From Botryllus schlosseri (Eukaryota): 64,000 nt of DNA. The stretch lies in NCBI GenBank assembly GCA_051294905.1, contig CM119373.1:3040001-3104000 (forward strand). Reading direction: 5' to 3'. Below are positions 40,701-53,800 of the stretch, in pieces (position 1 is the first letter of the stretch; every line of letters starts with the position of its first letter). The notes beneath the pieces were generated by a model. That model saw nothing but the letters and a program-made list of their open reading frames with translations, was not told the origin of the DNA and did no database searches. A program made the position numbers and the translations under genes.

Positions 40701-42322
40701 ATCAGAGCAACGTTATTCCAATCTGAAACGTAACATGTTTTTTACATAACATGTTACGTTTCAGTTTTGAACTTGATTAATTGGAAAACACGTCGCGTTT
40801 TCGGTTTTAAACTTGTTTATTTCAAAAACACGTCGGCGTTTTCCGTCGTTTAACGTGTTATTGGAAAAAACATGCAAAAAACACGTTAAATACACGGTTT
40901 ATTTTTTACAGTGTAGCACGGAATGATGTATTCGTGACAATGAGCGGAAGCTTTGTGCCGCCAGACAATAGCAGAAACTGACAGACATAATTTAAGCAAA
41001 TGACGTGTGAGTATTGGGTTGTTGTTTGTAGTATCCAGAGACTTAGCAGCCATCTGACGGTTCTGGTTCAGTGCCAGGGTCGGCAGGCTACAAGGAGTAG
41101 GCGAAAGGAGACTATGCATTGTGCCCATAGAACGTAAAGATTGCTATTTATGGTTGTGCCTGAAGCTTTATCTTATACCATTGGTGTTTCAATTTCGAGC
41201 TGTGAGAGGAGTGTCTCAAACGTTCTAAGATAAATGATGATTGGCAATCAGCTCTATGTATTATTTCTATAGAAAGACACTACGTTCAAAAACACGGTTT
41301 TGAAGATGTTATCGCTGATTCTGCTTCGGTTAAAGCTCGATAGGTTAAATTTAGATCTTTCATTTGCCTATTAGGTTTGTTCTCCATTTGGGGACCTTAA
41401 CGCTGAGACAGCGAGGCGTCTTTCTCAAGTAATATATAACTTCCTAGACTCGGCGCATTATTTGTAATTGCTTGTACCTGAAACTATTTGAACATTTGCT
41501 GCAGTCTATCTAGGGCAGCATTCTCAATTTCCACGAAATTCAGGGGCGGAAGGATATGCTCCTACGCCACTGGTGATATCCACGGGTTTTTCAACTCCAA
41601 TGGTAAATAACACCAAGCCGATAAATATTCTTTCTCGTGATTTCGTAGCTTCCAACTAATAGGACGGGGAACTTCTAGGCTTTGTTAAGACACCGCTTAG
41701 CCAAATCAAAACGCAAGTAGGAGCCTATAGTTAAACCTGAAACACCTGGAAAAGGATTCTGGCGTCGACCTCAGTAAACTATTGGTGTTTCAGCTGTGGA
41801 TCATACCACTGCGCTATGTCGCCACACATGTGATTGTAGCGTGTTTATGGTGTATCAACCGTCATTACAGAGTTAGATTCTTCAGGGTGACAGAGAAGCA
41901 ACTTCGCGCGCACGAAGCCGGGCTAAAGAAAACAATTTAACGCCAACCCATCATCATTGTGACAAATAGCATTTAGTTTATACAACATGTAATTGCTGGC
42001 CATAAATTCAAATATATGTTCCTACTAAATTTAATTTATTTGCATTGTGCAATAACACTTCTGCCCCGTACGAAACAATAAATGCCTTTAGGACTACAGG
42101 AGTTATTTTTGTGCTGCAAATCAAACGTTGAAGCATTTCATTAAAGAAGTGAACTCCGGTTATCATCACCAGTAAATTCGACCGTACTGAAGACTTTCAT
42201 CACCTAATGTAATACCGGCAACGCTTATGCCTGTGTAATAAATATATCTATTTATTTTGCACTGCTCGTAAAGTGATGAAATCATGATATATAAACACAC
42301 GTCATACTTCGATGTTGATGTT

Positions 42323-42888
42323 GAGTCCGACTCGAGTCACGATTTTCTGATGACTCGACTTGACTCGACTCATTTTTTTTAAATACGGAAATGACTCGAC
42401 TCGATTCGAGTCAATCTCTGTATTGACTCGACCTGGACTCGAGTCATTGCGCATGACTCGGACCAAGTCATTGGCTCGAGACTCAGACGGCGAAGACCGA
42501 CATTTCATTGTAATTTCGAAGAATTGTGAAGTAACCATCCTATGCTGGGATTTCGTCTGATTGGTACTGGTACCTGAAAATGCGACCAGAAACTGCTAAA
42601 AGTGAGGAAAATTAGTATATAATAAATGCGAAACATTCTATATCACCAAATATAGTTATATAAAGTGAGTTCAACAAGACTGTAACTGGAAACTGAGCAG
42701 TCAACATAATGACTTGGAATCGGACTCGAGTCATGATACCATGACTCGGACTTGACCCTCTACTCGATGACTTGGACTCGGACTTGACTCGGTGGTGAAT
42801 TGGAAAGGACTCGACTTGACTGGAGTCAAAACAATAAAAGTGAAATTGACTTGTGACTCGGAGCCTTTGTGACTTGGTTACAACCCTG
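42323..42888 (+). mobile_element. Short, 5'-truncated member of the same GACTCGAGTC hAT family
   Basis: Left and right subterminal arrays align with 12600-12760 and 14435-14617; ends in TTACAACCCTG; left TIR missing. Confidence 0.85.
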
Positions 42889-45100
42889 AGTAAATCGGTT
42901 AGTGCGGTATGTTTTCTGTGCGCAATTCTTGATGATGAGATATCAATTTATGAATTAGGAAGTCAAATTTTGCTGCAGGTAAGGTTTTTCAGGCAGTGCA
43001 GTGCAAGCGGCATGTTATCGCGTTACATTGCAACTGGAGTAACCTGTCGTAGCTTCCTTGTTAATGTTATCGTTATCATGCTATATGTACGCCAACATGT
43101 CTTTTGTATCATATCAGACAAGTAAATATCCGACGATTCTATAATTTTTCAAAATGCGAGCGGTGACTGGCACCAAGAATCCTATTCGTACAGTCAGACA
43201 CTTCATACAATTGCAAATTTCATGGAATTTATTGAAGACCTAGAAGCCGTGGTGCAAGATGCGTATCGGTTAGAAGAATTCCATGCTTATGATCGCTTAT
43301 GAGAGGAAATGAATGGATTCGATCAACAGAAAGGCCCATTACCCCTGAATTACTGATGCTTAACGAAGACATTTTGCGGATGCATTCATCGTGGAAAAAT
43401 TTCTATGCCGGAAGTACCTGACGACGAATTTCTTTTATGGAAGGGCAGGGTTCATCTTCACATCTTGAATGGAAATCGTTTGGACTACAAAATGTCAAAA
43501 TGTGGATGCATGACTATGGTCTGGCACAAAACTGTGGCTTTTTACTCAGCAAGAGCAAAGCAAGCTATACCTTGAAGAATTCGTAATATATTGAAGATAG
43601 TGATGAACATAATGATGATACTCTTCATTCTCTGCTTCTAATCTCTAAAGCAATTTCCAAATATCTATGCTCATTAGAATAAATGAAAGACTTACGGAAA
43701 TACAGACGAATGAATGTGACAATCTTCTACATCTGCACTCAAGGGTTTTGCTCAGTATCCGCATCTGAAAACAGCTTGTTCACGGCTAGTTTGAACTGTC
43801 AACCAATCAGCTTTTGAATGATCTTTATTGCATAGTGGGTGAGGATTTTAAGAAGAGAACTGCAAGATAGATAATACTATCTTCCCCAGTGAGCTCACGC
43901 AAATGCAATTTGTATTACATGTATGAGTATGTCGAAAGGCTACTATCCTGGCTTGAAGGCAGAGATTATATTGCATGTTGGTACCATGGTAATTCCTCTT
44001 GGAAAATGGATTTGCAAAAATATATTTCAGCAAATATGTAGTAAATGCCTTCATTCTCATCACTTAAGGAGATGAGAGGGTATCTCAAATCGCAGGTACA
44101 GCGGTAGATCTTCTTGACATTTTTCAAGTCATAAGAACAAGACTTCTAAGTGGTAAGCTTCCAACAAGAACCACTTATAGTTACCTGCACAATATTTTGA
44201 TAGCATTGGATCAAGCACCAGTCAGGGTTCATATTGGCTTTATTAAATATATCCAAGAGATAATGCAACGAGTCAGCAAAATAGTTGAGACCAGAGGAAT
44301 ACTCAGAGTTGCAAATTGTATGAGGAAATTTCTATAAACCTATCTATAAATTGTATGATACAATCATTATGATCAAAATGCAATACTTTTTTGAACTAAT
44401 CCGACCGAAATTAATGCTCTGTTCTGCACAGTTTTGGACAAAAGATTTATGCTATATAAATGCGTGAATGGAGTCCCCTATGCCATTTATGCGGAAACAA
44501 TTATTCAAGTACAAAGTGCTCTAGTTTACTCAAGCAGAAAGTATAAATTGTAACTCAAGCATCTCCATCTGATTATGCAAGTTATCTTAGACACATATAT
44601 TTCACAAGAACCGACTGATGGATGACAAACATGCGTGGTTTTCAGTGTTCATATGCAGAGATCAGTTGACACCGACAGAGGATTGAGGAATTTCTAAAAA
44701 TGAATGAGATGTAAGCGAGTAACCAACCATACCAAAACTACCTTGTGTCTCTGGCTAACCATCATATTTTTGGCGCTTTCATAAAGGCTCATAACTAGGG
44801 CGATTTTTTTTTGACATGTCAAAAAAAGTTGTAGCGTTAGGTCAAAAAGTGTCAAAAAAATTGAAACTTTTTTGCAAACTGCGTTTCGATTGGGTCGTAG
44901 ATTTTACACTGTTGGTAAACTTATCATTTGACATTTCGCAACTTGTAGCATAGGCTTACCGTTTTAGATGACCTATTGTGAATTATAAACATTCAGATGA
45001 AACGTGGTGTTATGCTCAACGTACCCCAACTGAGGCGAGACTGCGTGGTCATTGTATGGCTCTTATATCAGGAAGCGCATGATTAACATTGTGATGTAGA

Positions 45101-46930
45101 CCAGTGGTTCTCAACCTTTTTCACCTCGCGGACCGGTAAAATTTCAAAAAATATTTGGCGGACCGGTGGAACTTGAAAAATTGAAATCAACCGTAAATGT
45201 AGTGTATGCAGCCGTTTTTTGCAAGTATGGTACTAGAGCAGTGGTGGCCAACCTTTTTGCTATTCACGGCGGCATTTCGATTACATATACGCCCTGCGGC
45301 CGCATTCCAGAACATAGTCGCAATGAACTAACTTGTTACCTAATACCCATGCTAACTGTCCACTGTCCATGTCCATTTCAGATGAACGCCGGACTAATCT
45401 TTTTCATATCTTCTTACTATACGCATCGAAATTGCTACATAGTGGTCATGTTACGAATAATGACTAGAACCGGTTACGGTCGCGCGGGATTGCGAAAATT
45501 ATGAATTTCGTCATTAAAATTCGTAGTTTCACTTATTACTATCAAATGTTGATCCTTTTTCAGCCAAAGAGATCAGATTCCTCGGTAGAATTGATGGAGG
45601 GATTGTTTTCAAAAATTTCGGGTGGGCCATTTGTTACTATAGTCACTTTGGGGCGTGTTGTTATTTCGTGACCTCCCATCAGGATTTTCGGTATAAAAGA
45701 AAGATTTTGAGTAGTGTTGTTATCCGTTTTTGTTGCAGGCCAATCCCCGGCCTGAGGCTATTTACGTTCATCGTGCACCACCATTCGATTATCGCGTTGC
45801 GTATTTAGCACTATTAAGTATTGATAATAACTTGCTTCCGAGAAATAGCTGTTTTGTGAATTTCAATACCGATTCTCCATGTGTATTCAGCACTATGTAT
45901 TGATAATAACTTGCCTCCGAGAAATGGCACGTCGAAGTGATCTTTGTTGGATTTGAACTAACTATTGCGTAAACGTGATATACTAAATTGTTTTGTGAAT
46001 TTCAATACCGATTCTTCATGTGTATTTAGCAATATGTATTGATAATAACTTGCTTCCGAGAAATAAATAACAACACGAGTCCAGATGCCGTTAAGTGAAT
46101 TATTTTTAGGTATTAATCTTTACGAAAAATTGACGTAGTTCCAATAATACACTATATTTTAATTTTTAAAAATTACTAATCCGCGTGAGTCGAGATTTTC
46201 TTAAGTAAACTATTTTCTTATTGTCTCCACATTTTTCCGTACCAGTTTTTGAGAATATGAATTCTCGCGTAACACACTAAATGTTGATTCCCCATGAGTC
46301 GAGATGTCGCTAAGTAATTTATCAACTACATAGCCAAACGCATTAACTTTACTGCATCTGAAGTAGAATTTCAGCGTCGTTATTTGTTATAAGCCGAGAA
46401 ATGTACCTTCGCGCAATTTTTACAGGCGGTCTCACACACTTTGCTGCGTCTGAAGTAAAATTTCAGCGTCGTTGTTTGCTATAAGCCGGGAAATTAGAGT
46501 CGCTGCTTCGCATCATTTTTATAGGTAGTCTCACACACTTTGCTGCATCTGAGCTTCATACTAATACATGCATAATTTTTGCATGACGAGAATACGGGTG
46601 ATACGGTCAATAAACGCCGGAGGTGAGTCATTTAAACCTTGTTGCTAGATAATACCGCATTCGGCTACGACAAAGTTGCCCTGCAACAAAAAATAGAAGC
46701 CCTAATGATCATGCAGAGGAAAGTTCAATTATACATCGAATTATTCGAATAGACCAGTGCTTTTCAAGCTGTGTGACGGTTCGCACTCGTGCGAATGAAA
46801 ATAAATGCAGTGCGAATGACGAAGATGGTGCGAACGGTACGAATGAAAATCCCGGATGAGTGCGAATGACGAAGGTGGTGCCAATGGTGCGAATGAAAAT
46901 CCCGGATGAGTGAGAATGAAAATCGTGAAT
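45101..46930 (+). mobile_element. Cluster of hAT/Charlie-like left ends and short tandem duplications
   Basis: CAGTGGTTCTCAACC (~45102), CAGTGGTGGCCAACC (~45239) and CAGTGCTTTTCAA (~46755); tandem duplications at 45800-46065, 46345-46550 and 46790-46925. No matching right ends found. Confidence 0.55.
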
Positions 46931-48327
46931 AATAATTGTTAATTTTTATGACCTGGAATACTTCAAATAAACCTAATTAGAAATTCAAGGGCAGTGTAAC
47001 TTTTGTTGTTGCGACGCAATTGTAAAAACTTGTTTAACTTACGACCCACCATACTAATCGTAGCTCTCCCAAGCCGTCGTGAATTGATATTTTCGCACTC
47101 TAATTATTACGTAACCAAAGGCCTGGCTTGGAAGCTTGTGTAGTGGCAGACATATACAGTATATCAGCCAGTCTGAGCCTGCGACAGGCTGAAAAATGAC
47201 GTCAAATTGACTTTATGCTTTCTTTCGCTAAACAATCATCATACTTTTGTAATAACTGTTCGATTTGTGCGAGGCACGCGGATAGTAGTAAATACCATCA
47301 TTACAGACTCACAATTGCAAGTTAGTGTAATGCAAATTTTACCCCTTCAAGGGTTATAAAAGTATGGACGGCAAAAGGTATAATTTTGGGTCGACATGGT
47401 GCCTTAGCTATCTGTCAATAGGTAAGTAATATTTGTTGAAATAGTTGCTATTGATCATAGACCAAGCTTGCTTTCAGAGCTGGAAACTAAACGCATATGA
47501 AAATTTACCTAGGTGTTCCCCACACGCATCAAATGTAGGCCTACTCAAGTGTTTATGAGGTGGCGAATAGTTCGACGGTTGTTGGCACGCAAGGACGTCA
47601 CATAGAATTGTGGAGTTTTCTGTAAACTATAATCCAGTGATCTATTTTCAATCACTATATTTTTCATTAATCTAAACTAAGTACTGTTAGTAGGCAAACC
47701 CTAGGAAAGTATATCCTCTGATAAAAGCAGGAGTAATTTGTTATCCGTGAAATAAATAGATGGTGCGACTCTAATGGACATAAAGAAATGAAAATTTTGT
47801 AAAATAGATATTTTTCGGTATGCTAAATTCGGCTACGCGCTGCTAGACTTCTTGGCCGCATGAAATAGGATGTTTTAGCTTCAACCTCAACGCATTAGCA
47901 CACCGAATTTAAATATAGGCGATAAATAATATACAGTAGCTCCCATTTTAATGAAAAAATAAAAATAAAAAAGCGTGAAAAAATTGCATTTATCCTGGAA
48001 CGCACCAAGAAAAACCGTATGAATTTGTAAAGTAGTTAGAAAACTACACTATTCCGCTACACTAAAGACTTAAACAACCCGGATTTTGTATGGTGTATAC
48101 TAATTTTACATTGCGGAGTATTCAGTAAAGTTCAATCCAGTGATTCTCCATCTATTTTCAATCACGATCCTCTTATTTGTCTAGGCTTCGAACCCCACAC
48201 CCAGTACGTTTTATGGGGATTAATATTTTCGGAGTCAAGTATATGGTATCGAGACTTCATGAAACTTACTTGCAAATAGTTACTTCTACCCTAATTTAAA
48301 AGGTTTCTCAGATATCGTTACAATGGA

Positions 48328-48410
48328 ACTGGGTTGAGCGAGCGGTTAAGGCATTGGACTTAAGTTTCAATGAACAGGTGTTCACGTGGGTTCGAACCCC
48401 ACACCCAGCT
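48328..48410 (+). tRNA. tRNA-Leu(TAA)-like gene, probably a pseudogene
   Basis: ACTGGGT/ACCCAGC acceptor stem (1:72 mismatch), GAGCGGTTAAGGC D-loop region with damaged D-stem, TTGGA-CTTAAGT-TTCAA anticodon arm, long variable arm TGAACA-GG-TGTTCA, GTGGG-TTCGAAC-CCCAC T arm; 83 nt. Confidence 0.85.
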
Positions 48411-48809
48411 TTACACGACGTTTTTTGTAAAATGAATACTAATATTATTGAAAAAATAAAAAATAAAAAGAGCAAAAAATTACATTTTATCCCGGAACGC
48501 AACAAGAAAAATCGTATGAATTTGTAAACTACTTATTCATGACATAATAATAATTCTACTTGTACACTTTTTCACACTTTATAACACTTTAAGTAGTACT
48601 TAACAGTTTCAGTTTTAAATAAAATACGGAATATAAACTAATCGAAAAATTCGGTTACCAATTTCGCGTAGGCTATGCATACAAATGAGGAAAGTTACAT
48701 CAACGCGTGTTAACTAGTTGTATCGAGTTATCGAATGATTTTTTTCTTTACATCAAAATAACTAGAGTGTGTAACTACATTAAAAACGTATCTAAATGAG
48801 CTCCAGGTC

Positions 48810-49960
48810 ATTGTGATTATGCAGCATACCAAATTTCATCACACATTTCATGATGGAACAACTTTAAAACTAACGCAGTTCTATAGCAACTTTTGCCTAA
48901 ATCTGTTTTCGGTAGCATGTACATATCCATAGTCAGATTTAATAACAGAATTACCATGCTAATATGTGACTCCTCACCTTGAAACTTGGTACATAGTTGT
49001 AGGACATTGTGATTATGCAGCATACCAAATTTCTTCACGCATTTCATAATGGAACAACTTTAAAACCAACGCGGCTCTACATCGACTTTTTTGCGTACAT
49101 CTGTTTTGCGGAGCGTATAGCACGTACCTATACATAGTCAACTTTAATAACGGAATTACCATGCTTAACATTGAATCCCAACTCTAAACTTGATTCGTAG
49201 TTGTAGGACATTGTGGCAATGCACCATGCTAAATTTCATCGCACATCTAATGATGGATCACCTTTAAAACTAACGCAGTCGAATACCGACTTTTAAGCAT
49301 ATCTGTTTTGCGTGAACATAGCATATACCTATGCATAGTCAATTTTAATAGCAGAATTACCGTGTTAAACATTGAATTCCCACCCTGAAAGCTGGTACGC
49401 GATTATAGGACACTATAACAATGCACCATACCAAATCCAATCACACATTTCATGATGGAACAACTTTAAAACGAACGCGGCTCTACATCGACTTTTTGCG
49501 TATATCTGTTTTGCGGGGGGGCGTATAGCACGTACTCATACATAGCTAACTTTAATAACGGAATTACCATGCTTAACATTGAATCCCAACTCTAAACTTG
49601 ATACGTAGTTGTAGGACATTATGGCAATGAACCATGCTAAATTTCATCACACATCTAATGATGGAACACCTTTGAAACTATCGCAGTCGCATACCGACTT
49701 TTACACATATCTGTTTTTCGTGAACATAGCATATACCCATACATAGTCAATTTTAATAACAGAATTAGCATGCTAAACCTTAAATTCTCACCTTGAACGT
49801 TGATACCCAGTTGTAGGACATAATAACAATGCACCATACCAAATTTCGTCAGGCATTTCATGATGTAACACTTTCAAAACCAACGCAGTTCTATACAGGC
49901 TTTTGGCTAAATCTGTTTTTCCGTAGCGCGTACCTATACATAGTCAACTTTAATATCAAT
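48810..49960 (+). repeat. Tandem array, ~200-bp unit, about 5.5 copies, partly within the left arm of palindrome 2
   Basis: catacc/catgct-aaatttcatcacacatttcatgatggaacaactttaaaac recurs at ~48825, 49021, 49225, 49427, 49633 and 49835; mirrored at 63500-64000. Confidence 0.92.
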
Positions 49961-50246
49961 ACATGTTTATCGTAAGTCCTACACAGTCATGATATCCGGC
50001 CGAGTTTGGCTTTTAGAAAACATTATACCGACAACGCGACATCTTACAAAATTGAAACCGCGGTGACTGCTTGAGAGACCTACCAGTGATATTGCGGTAA
50101 TCTAGTTACTTCCACAAAATAGTATGTATTCAACTTACTTTCCACAAATCTAACGCGCAAAACAATTTACTTTGCTAACGAAAAGTGCTGAGTCATCATA
50201 TCATTATCCACGCAACAATACACCTAAAACATACTATCGTACAAAA

Positions 50247-50657
50247 TGTTACTGTAGGCATTTCATGTTAATCTTGGGGGGTTCAATAATTTAGGAGCCA
50301 TACTTGTATTCGCTAGATGGCGTATGCTTGACGATACTTCCTGGTCTGGTCTAAGGGAATATTCTGGATATAGCTGTGATAGGGTACAGTTTGTCAATAG
50401 TAATTGGCCCACCGGACGTTCCCCCACTGTATTTACCGATCTTGTTGGGACAATATCTTATTCGTGCTACTACTGTGTCGTATTATAATTTGGATATAAG
50501 GAAATTCGATCAATTGGAACTTCAAGCAATATACTTTTCTACCGTACTTCAAGATCGCGTATATTTACATCGGGAAACTTATAGGACTTTGCGGCGCTGT
50601 AAGTTCAAGGGAAGACAGCTTACACAGAATCACATAGGCAGTTCAGCGACCGCAACA
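50247..50657 (+). repeat. 5' LTR
   Basis: tgttactgtagg...gaccgcaaca; no difference seen from 56849-57259. Confidence 0.96.
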
Positions 50658-50883
50658 GTAAATACAGCTAAAGGTCCGGTCGTGGAGTATTGGAATATAC
50701 AGTGCAACGCCTGGAAGCGGAACTAAACAAAGGACAGGACGGCTATCGGTACATAAGGAAAGGACAATTCCATATTGTGTGGATTGGTGCCGGTAATAGG
50801 ACTTGCTTCATTTATACTAATATTGGAGAAAAGGACACACTTCTGTTGAAGAAAACACTAAGTTGGTGTACTCTGGTTTCATA

Positions 50884-53800
50884 ATGACTCCTGGAAGAAA
50901 TAAGAAGAAGTCTGGAAAGGCTTCAGGTGGTGGCCGAAATGGTGCTAATTCAAGGAATTCTACTTTGGTGGGTGAAGATAACGTAGATTCGGATCCTAAT
51001 AGAATCATGGCCGAGGATTACAAGCATGGCCACACCGTGATATCGAACAGGAGAACTAGAGGAACCTCCGCTTATATTGAAAACATGAAGCAAGAGTTTG
51101 ACTTCCATGTCAAAGAGGTATTGCGACAGTGCAAATGTCTGAATGACCTACTAGAGTCACGGGACGGTCGGGAATATGTTTCAAAAGCATATTTAGATAT
51201 GCGAAAGAAGTTTGCTCTACTACAAGATTTTTGGATTGATCTTGAGCCTCGTCTTAGGCCAGAGGAATCGGAAGCAATTTCTTGTTCATTCAAGGATATA
51301 CAAGATCGGGTAGAAGAGACTGGCTACAACGCAAAGGATTATTTGGATGAGTACAATGGCGAAACGAAGGCTAAGTTCTCTGAGCCCACTGCGAGACGAA
51401 ATAGGCTTGTTGTACTAGAAGATTCAAACTCTCCTGATAGAGAGACTGCTCTGCTGCTTGAACAGAACCAACGAGACTACGAGCAGAAGATGAAGGACCT
51501 GTCGGCTCAGAATCAACGAGACATACAAAGGCTAATGGATAGAGGGCGGAAGTCGAAACCGAGTAGTGTACTGGATAACACCGAAAATGTAATGGATAGA
51601 GCTCCTAATAACGATGGTGCTCATGGGATATATCATGTTAATGCAAATCTGGATCAGGTTTTGAAGGAATTGGCTGTTTCGAATGCTATGTTGGCACGAT
51701 CCTGTGGTCTACCAGAAATTAAGGTTGGTGTTTTTGATGGCAATATTCTTGAATATTTAGCCTGGGAAACTTCGTTTGATGCATTGATTCAATCGAAGAC
51801 ATGCAATGTGCATGAGCTCTTGAACTATCTAGAGTCGCATCTATCTGGTGAGCCTAAGGAAATGATAAAGGGTTTACTGCTCTTGCAGAATAGAGATGCC
51901 TATGAAAGAGCACGTAAGAGATTGAAAACTAGATACGGCAACGACAATGTAATTGGAAATGCATTTTTGAATCGACTATCCTCTTGGCCAAAAATCAATG
52001 TCAAAGATGGGATTGGTCTAAGAAAATTTGCAGACTTTTTGGATCAAATAGCGGCAGCTGAGCCGAAAATACCTGCGCTTGGTGTTTTGAACTATGCCAT
52101 TGAGAGTAATAAAATCATTGGAAAACTACCGCAATTTCTGAGAGGTAAATGGCGGGATGAAGTTTACAAATGGCAAAGTAAATATGGTGAGGCGTCATAT
52201 CCACCATTGAAAGAAGTGGCAGGATTTGTCGATGTCTGTGCCGAAAAGATGAATATTCCAGAATTGGATGATCTGGATTCGCCAAATAACAAAGGGAAAA
52301 TTGACTCTCCTGAAGTAGTGAGCTATAAAGACTCTTACAAAGGAAAATTTAAGGTCACATCGTTCTCGACAGAATGTCAGGACGACACGAGTGCTACAAG
52401 GACAAAGTGTTATTTTTGTGACGAACTACATCACATTGATGATTGTGAAGGCTTTGGAAAGCTATCCCATATGGAGAAACGGGAATTTATAATGAAACGA
52501 GGACTATGTTTTGGTTGTGGCTCGTCGCAAGACCACATGGCCAAGTTCTGCACAGCAAGAATAACTTGCAGGATATGTAAAAGGAGGCATATGACATCGC
52601 TGCATATAGAAACTGATGAGGTGGACTCGAAATGTACGCAAGTGTGCTCCAAGAAAGGACAGAAGGGAGGTAAGCAAAATACTATGATCGTTCCGGTTTA
52701 TGTGAGTACTGCTGCCAATCCATCCAAGAAGGTCAAATGTTATTGTGCGCTAGATGGTCAATGTAATCGGACTTTCATGGTTGATGATCTGAAGGAAAGT
52801 TTAGGACTGGAATCTGTCAATACTAAGTTGCAGATGTCCACATTGTACAAATCTGGTGCAGTCATTAACTCAAGCAGGATCACTGGAATTATAGTTTCAA
52901 GTATCGATGAAACTTCTTCTGTCACTATTCCTCAAGTGTACACAAGAGCAGAAATTCCAGTTGAAATTTCACAAATCCCCAAACCTCAGGTTGCAAGAGA
53001 GTGGGCTCATCTTCGGAGCATTGCGGATAAAATTATGCCCTACGACCCATCTATGAAGGTTGGAATATTAATTGGTGCTGATGTTCCCAACGCGTTACGT
53101 CCTCGTGAGATTGTAGCCGGTGGTGATTCGGATCCATATGGTCAACTATCTATGTTTGGTTGGGGAATTGTTGGTAATGTTTGTAAAGACTTGACGGGTG
53201 AATCACCTAGCGTGGTATCGCATCATACTATTGTGAGAGATGCACAAATGGAAGAAGGCTTTGAAACTTCAGAAGTTGTTGGTGACGGGAATACCGCCTT
53301 TGTATACATGTCAAAGGCGAAGGAAGTTATGTGTCCACAGAATATCAATCATTTGCTAGAAATGGATTTCATCGAACATAGGAATTTGGAAGCTTCTTTG
53401 TCGGTTGAGGACAAGCGTTTTATGGACATCCTCTCAAAAGGTGTTGCAAGGAGAGAGGATGGGCATTACGAATTCCCTTTGCCATTGAAATACGACAATG
53501 TTAGAGTGCCAAACAACAGAGCTTTGGCTGCGAAAAGAGCGGAGCAGGTCAAAAGAAGATTGAGTAAAAACCAGAATCTTCATGAGGAGTATAAGGATCA
53601 AATGAATCTGACTATTGAAAAGTATGCGGAAAAGGTTCCAGAAGACATACTTGATTTAAAGAATGGTCGTATCAACTACATACCTCATTCTCCTGTTTTT
53701 CATAACAAGAAAGGAAGTCTTCGTATTGTAAATGATATGAGTGCCAAGTACGGTGGTCTGTGCATTAATGACGTACTATTGAGTGGACCAAATTTGATGG

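Noticed and set aside
43150..44750. Traces of decayed hAT transposases (FMEFIEDLEA near 43220, TVLDKRF near 44430)
   Set aside because: Too fragmented to define frames or boundaries without a translated search.
50376..50726. 116-aa ORF in the LTR (98-aa copy at 56978)
   Set aside because: Non-ATG start, lies in LTR sequence, no motif; repeated only because the LTR is.
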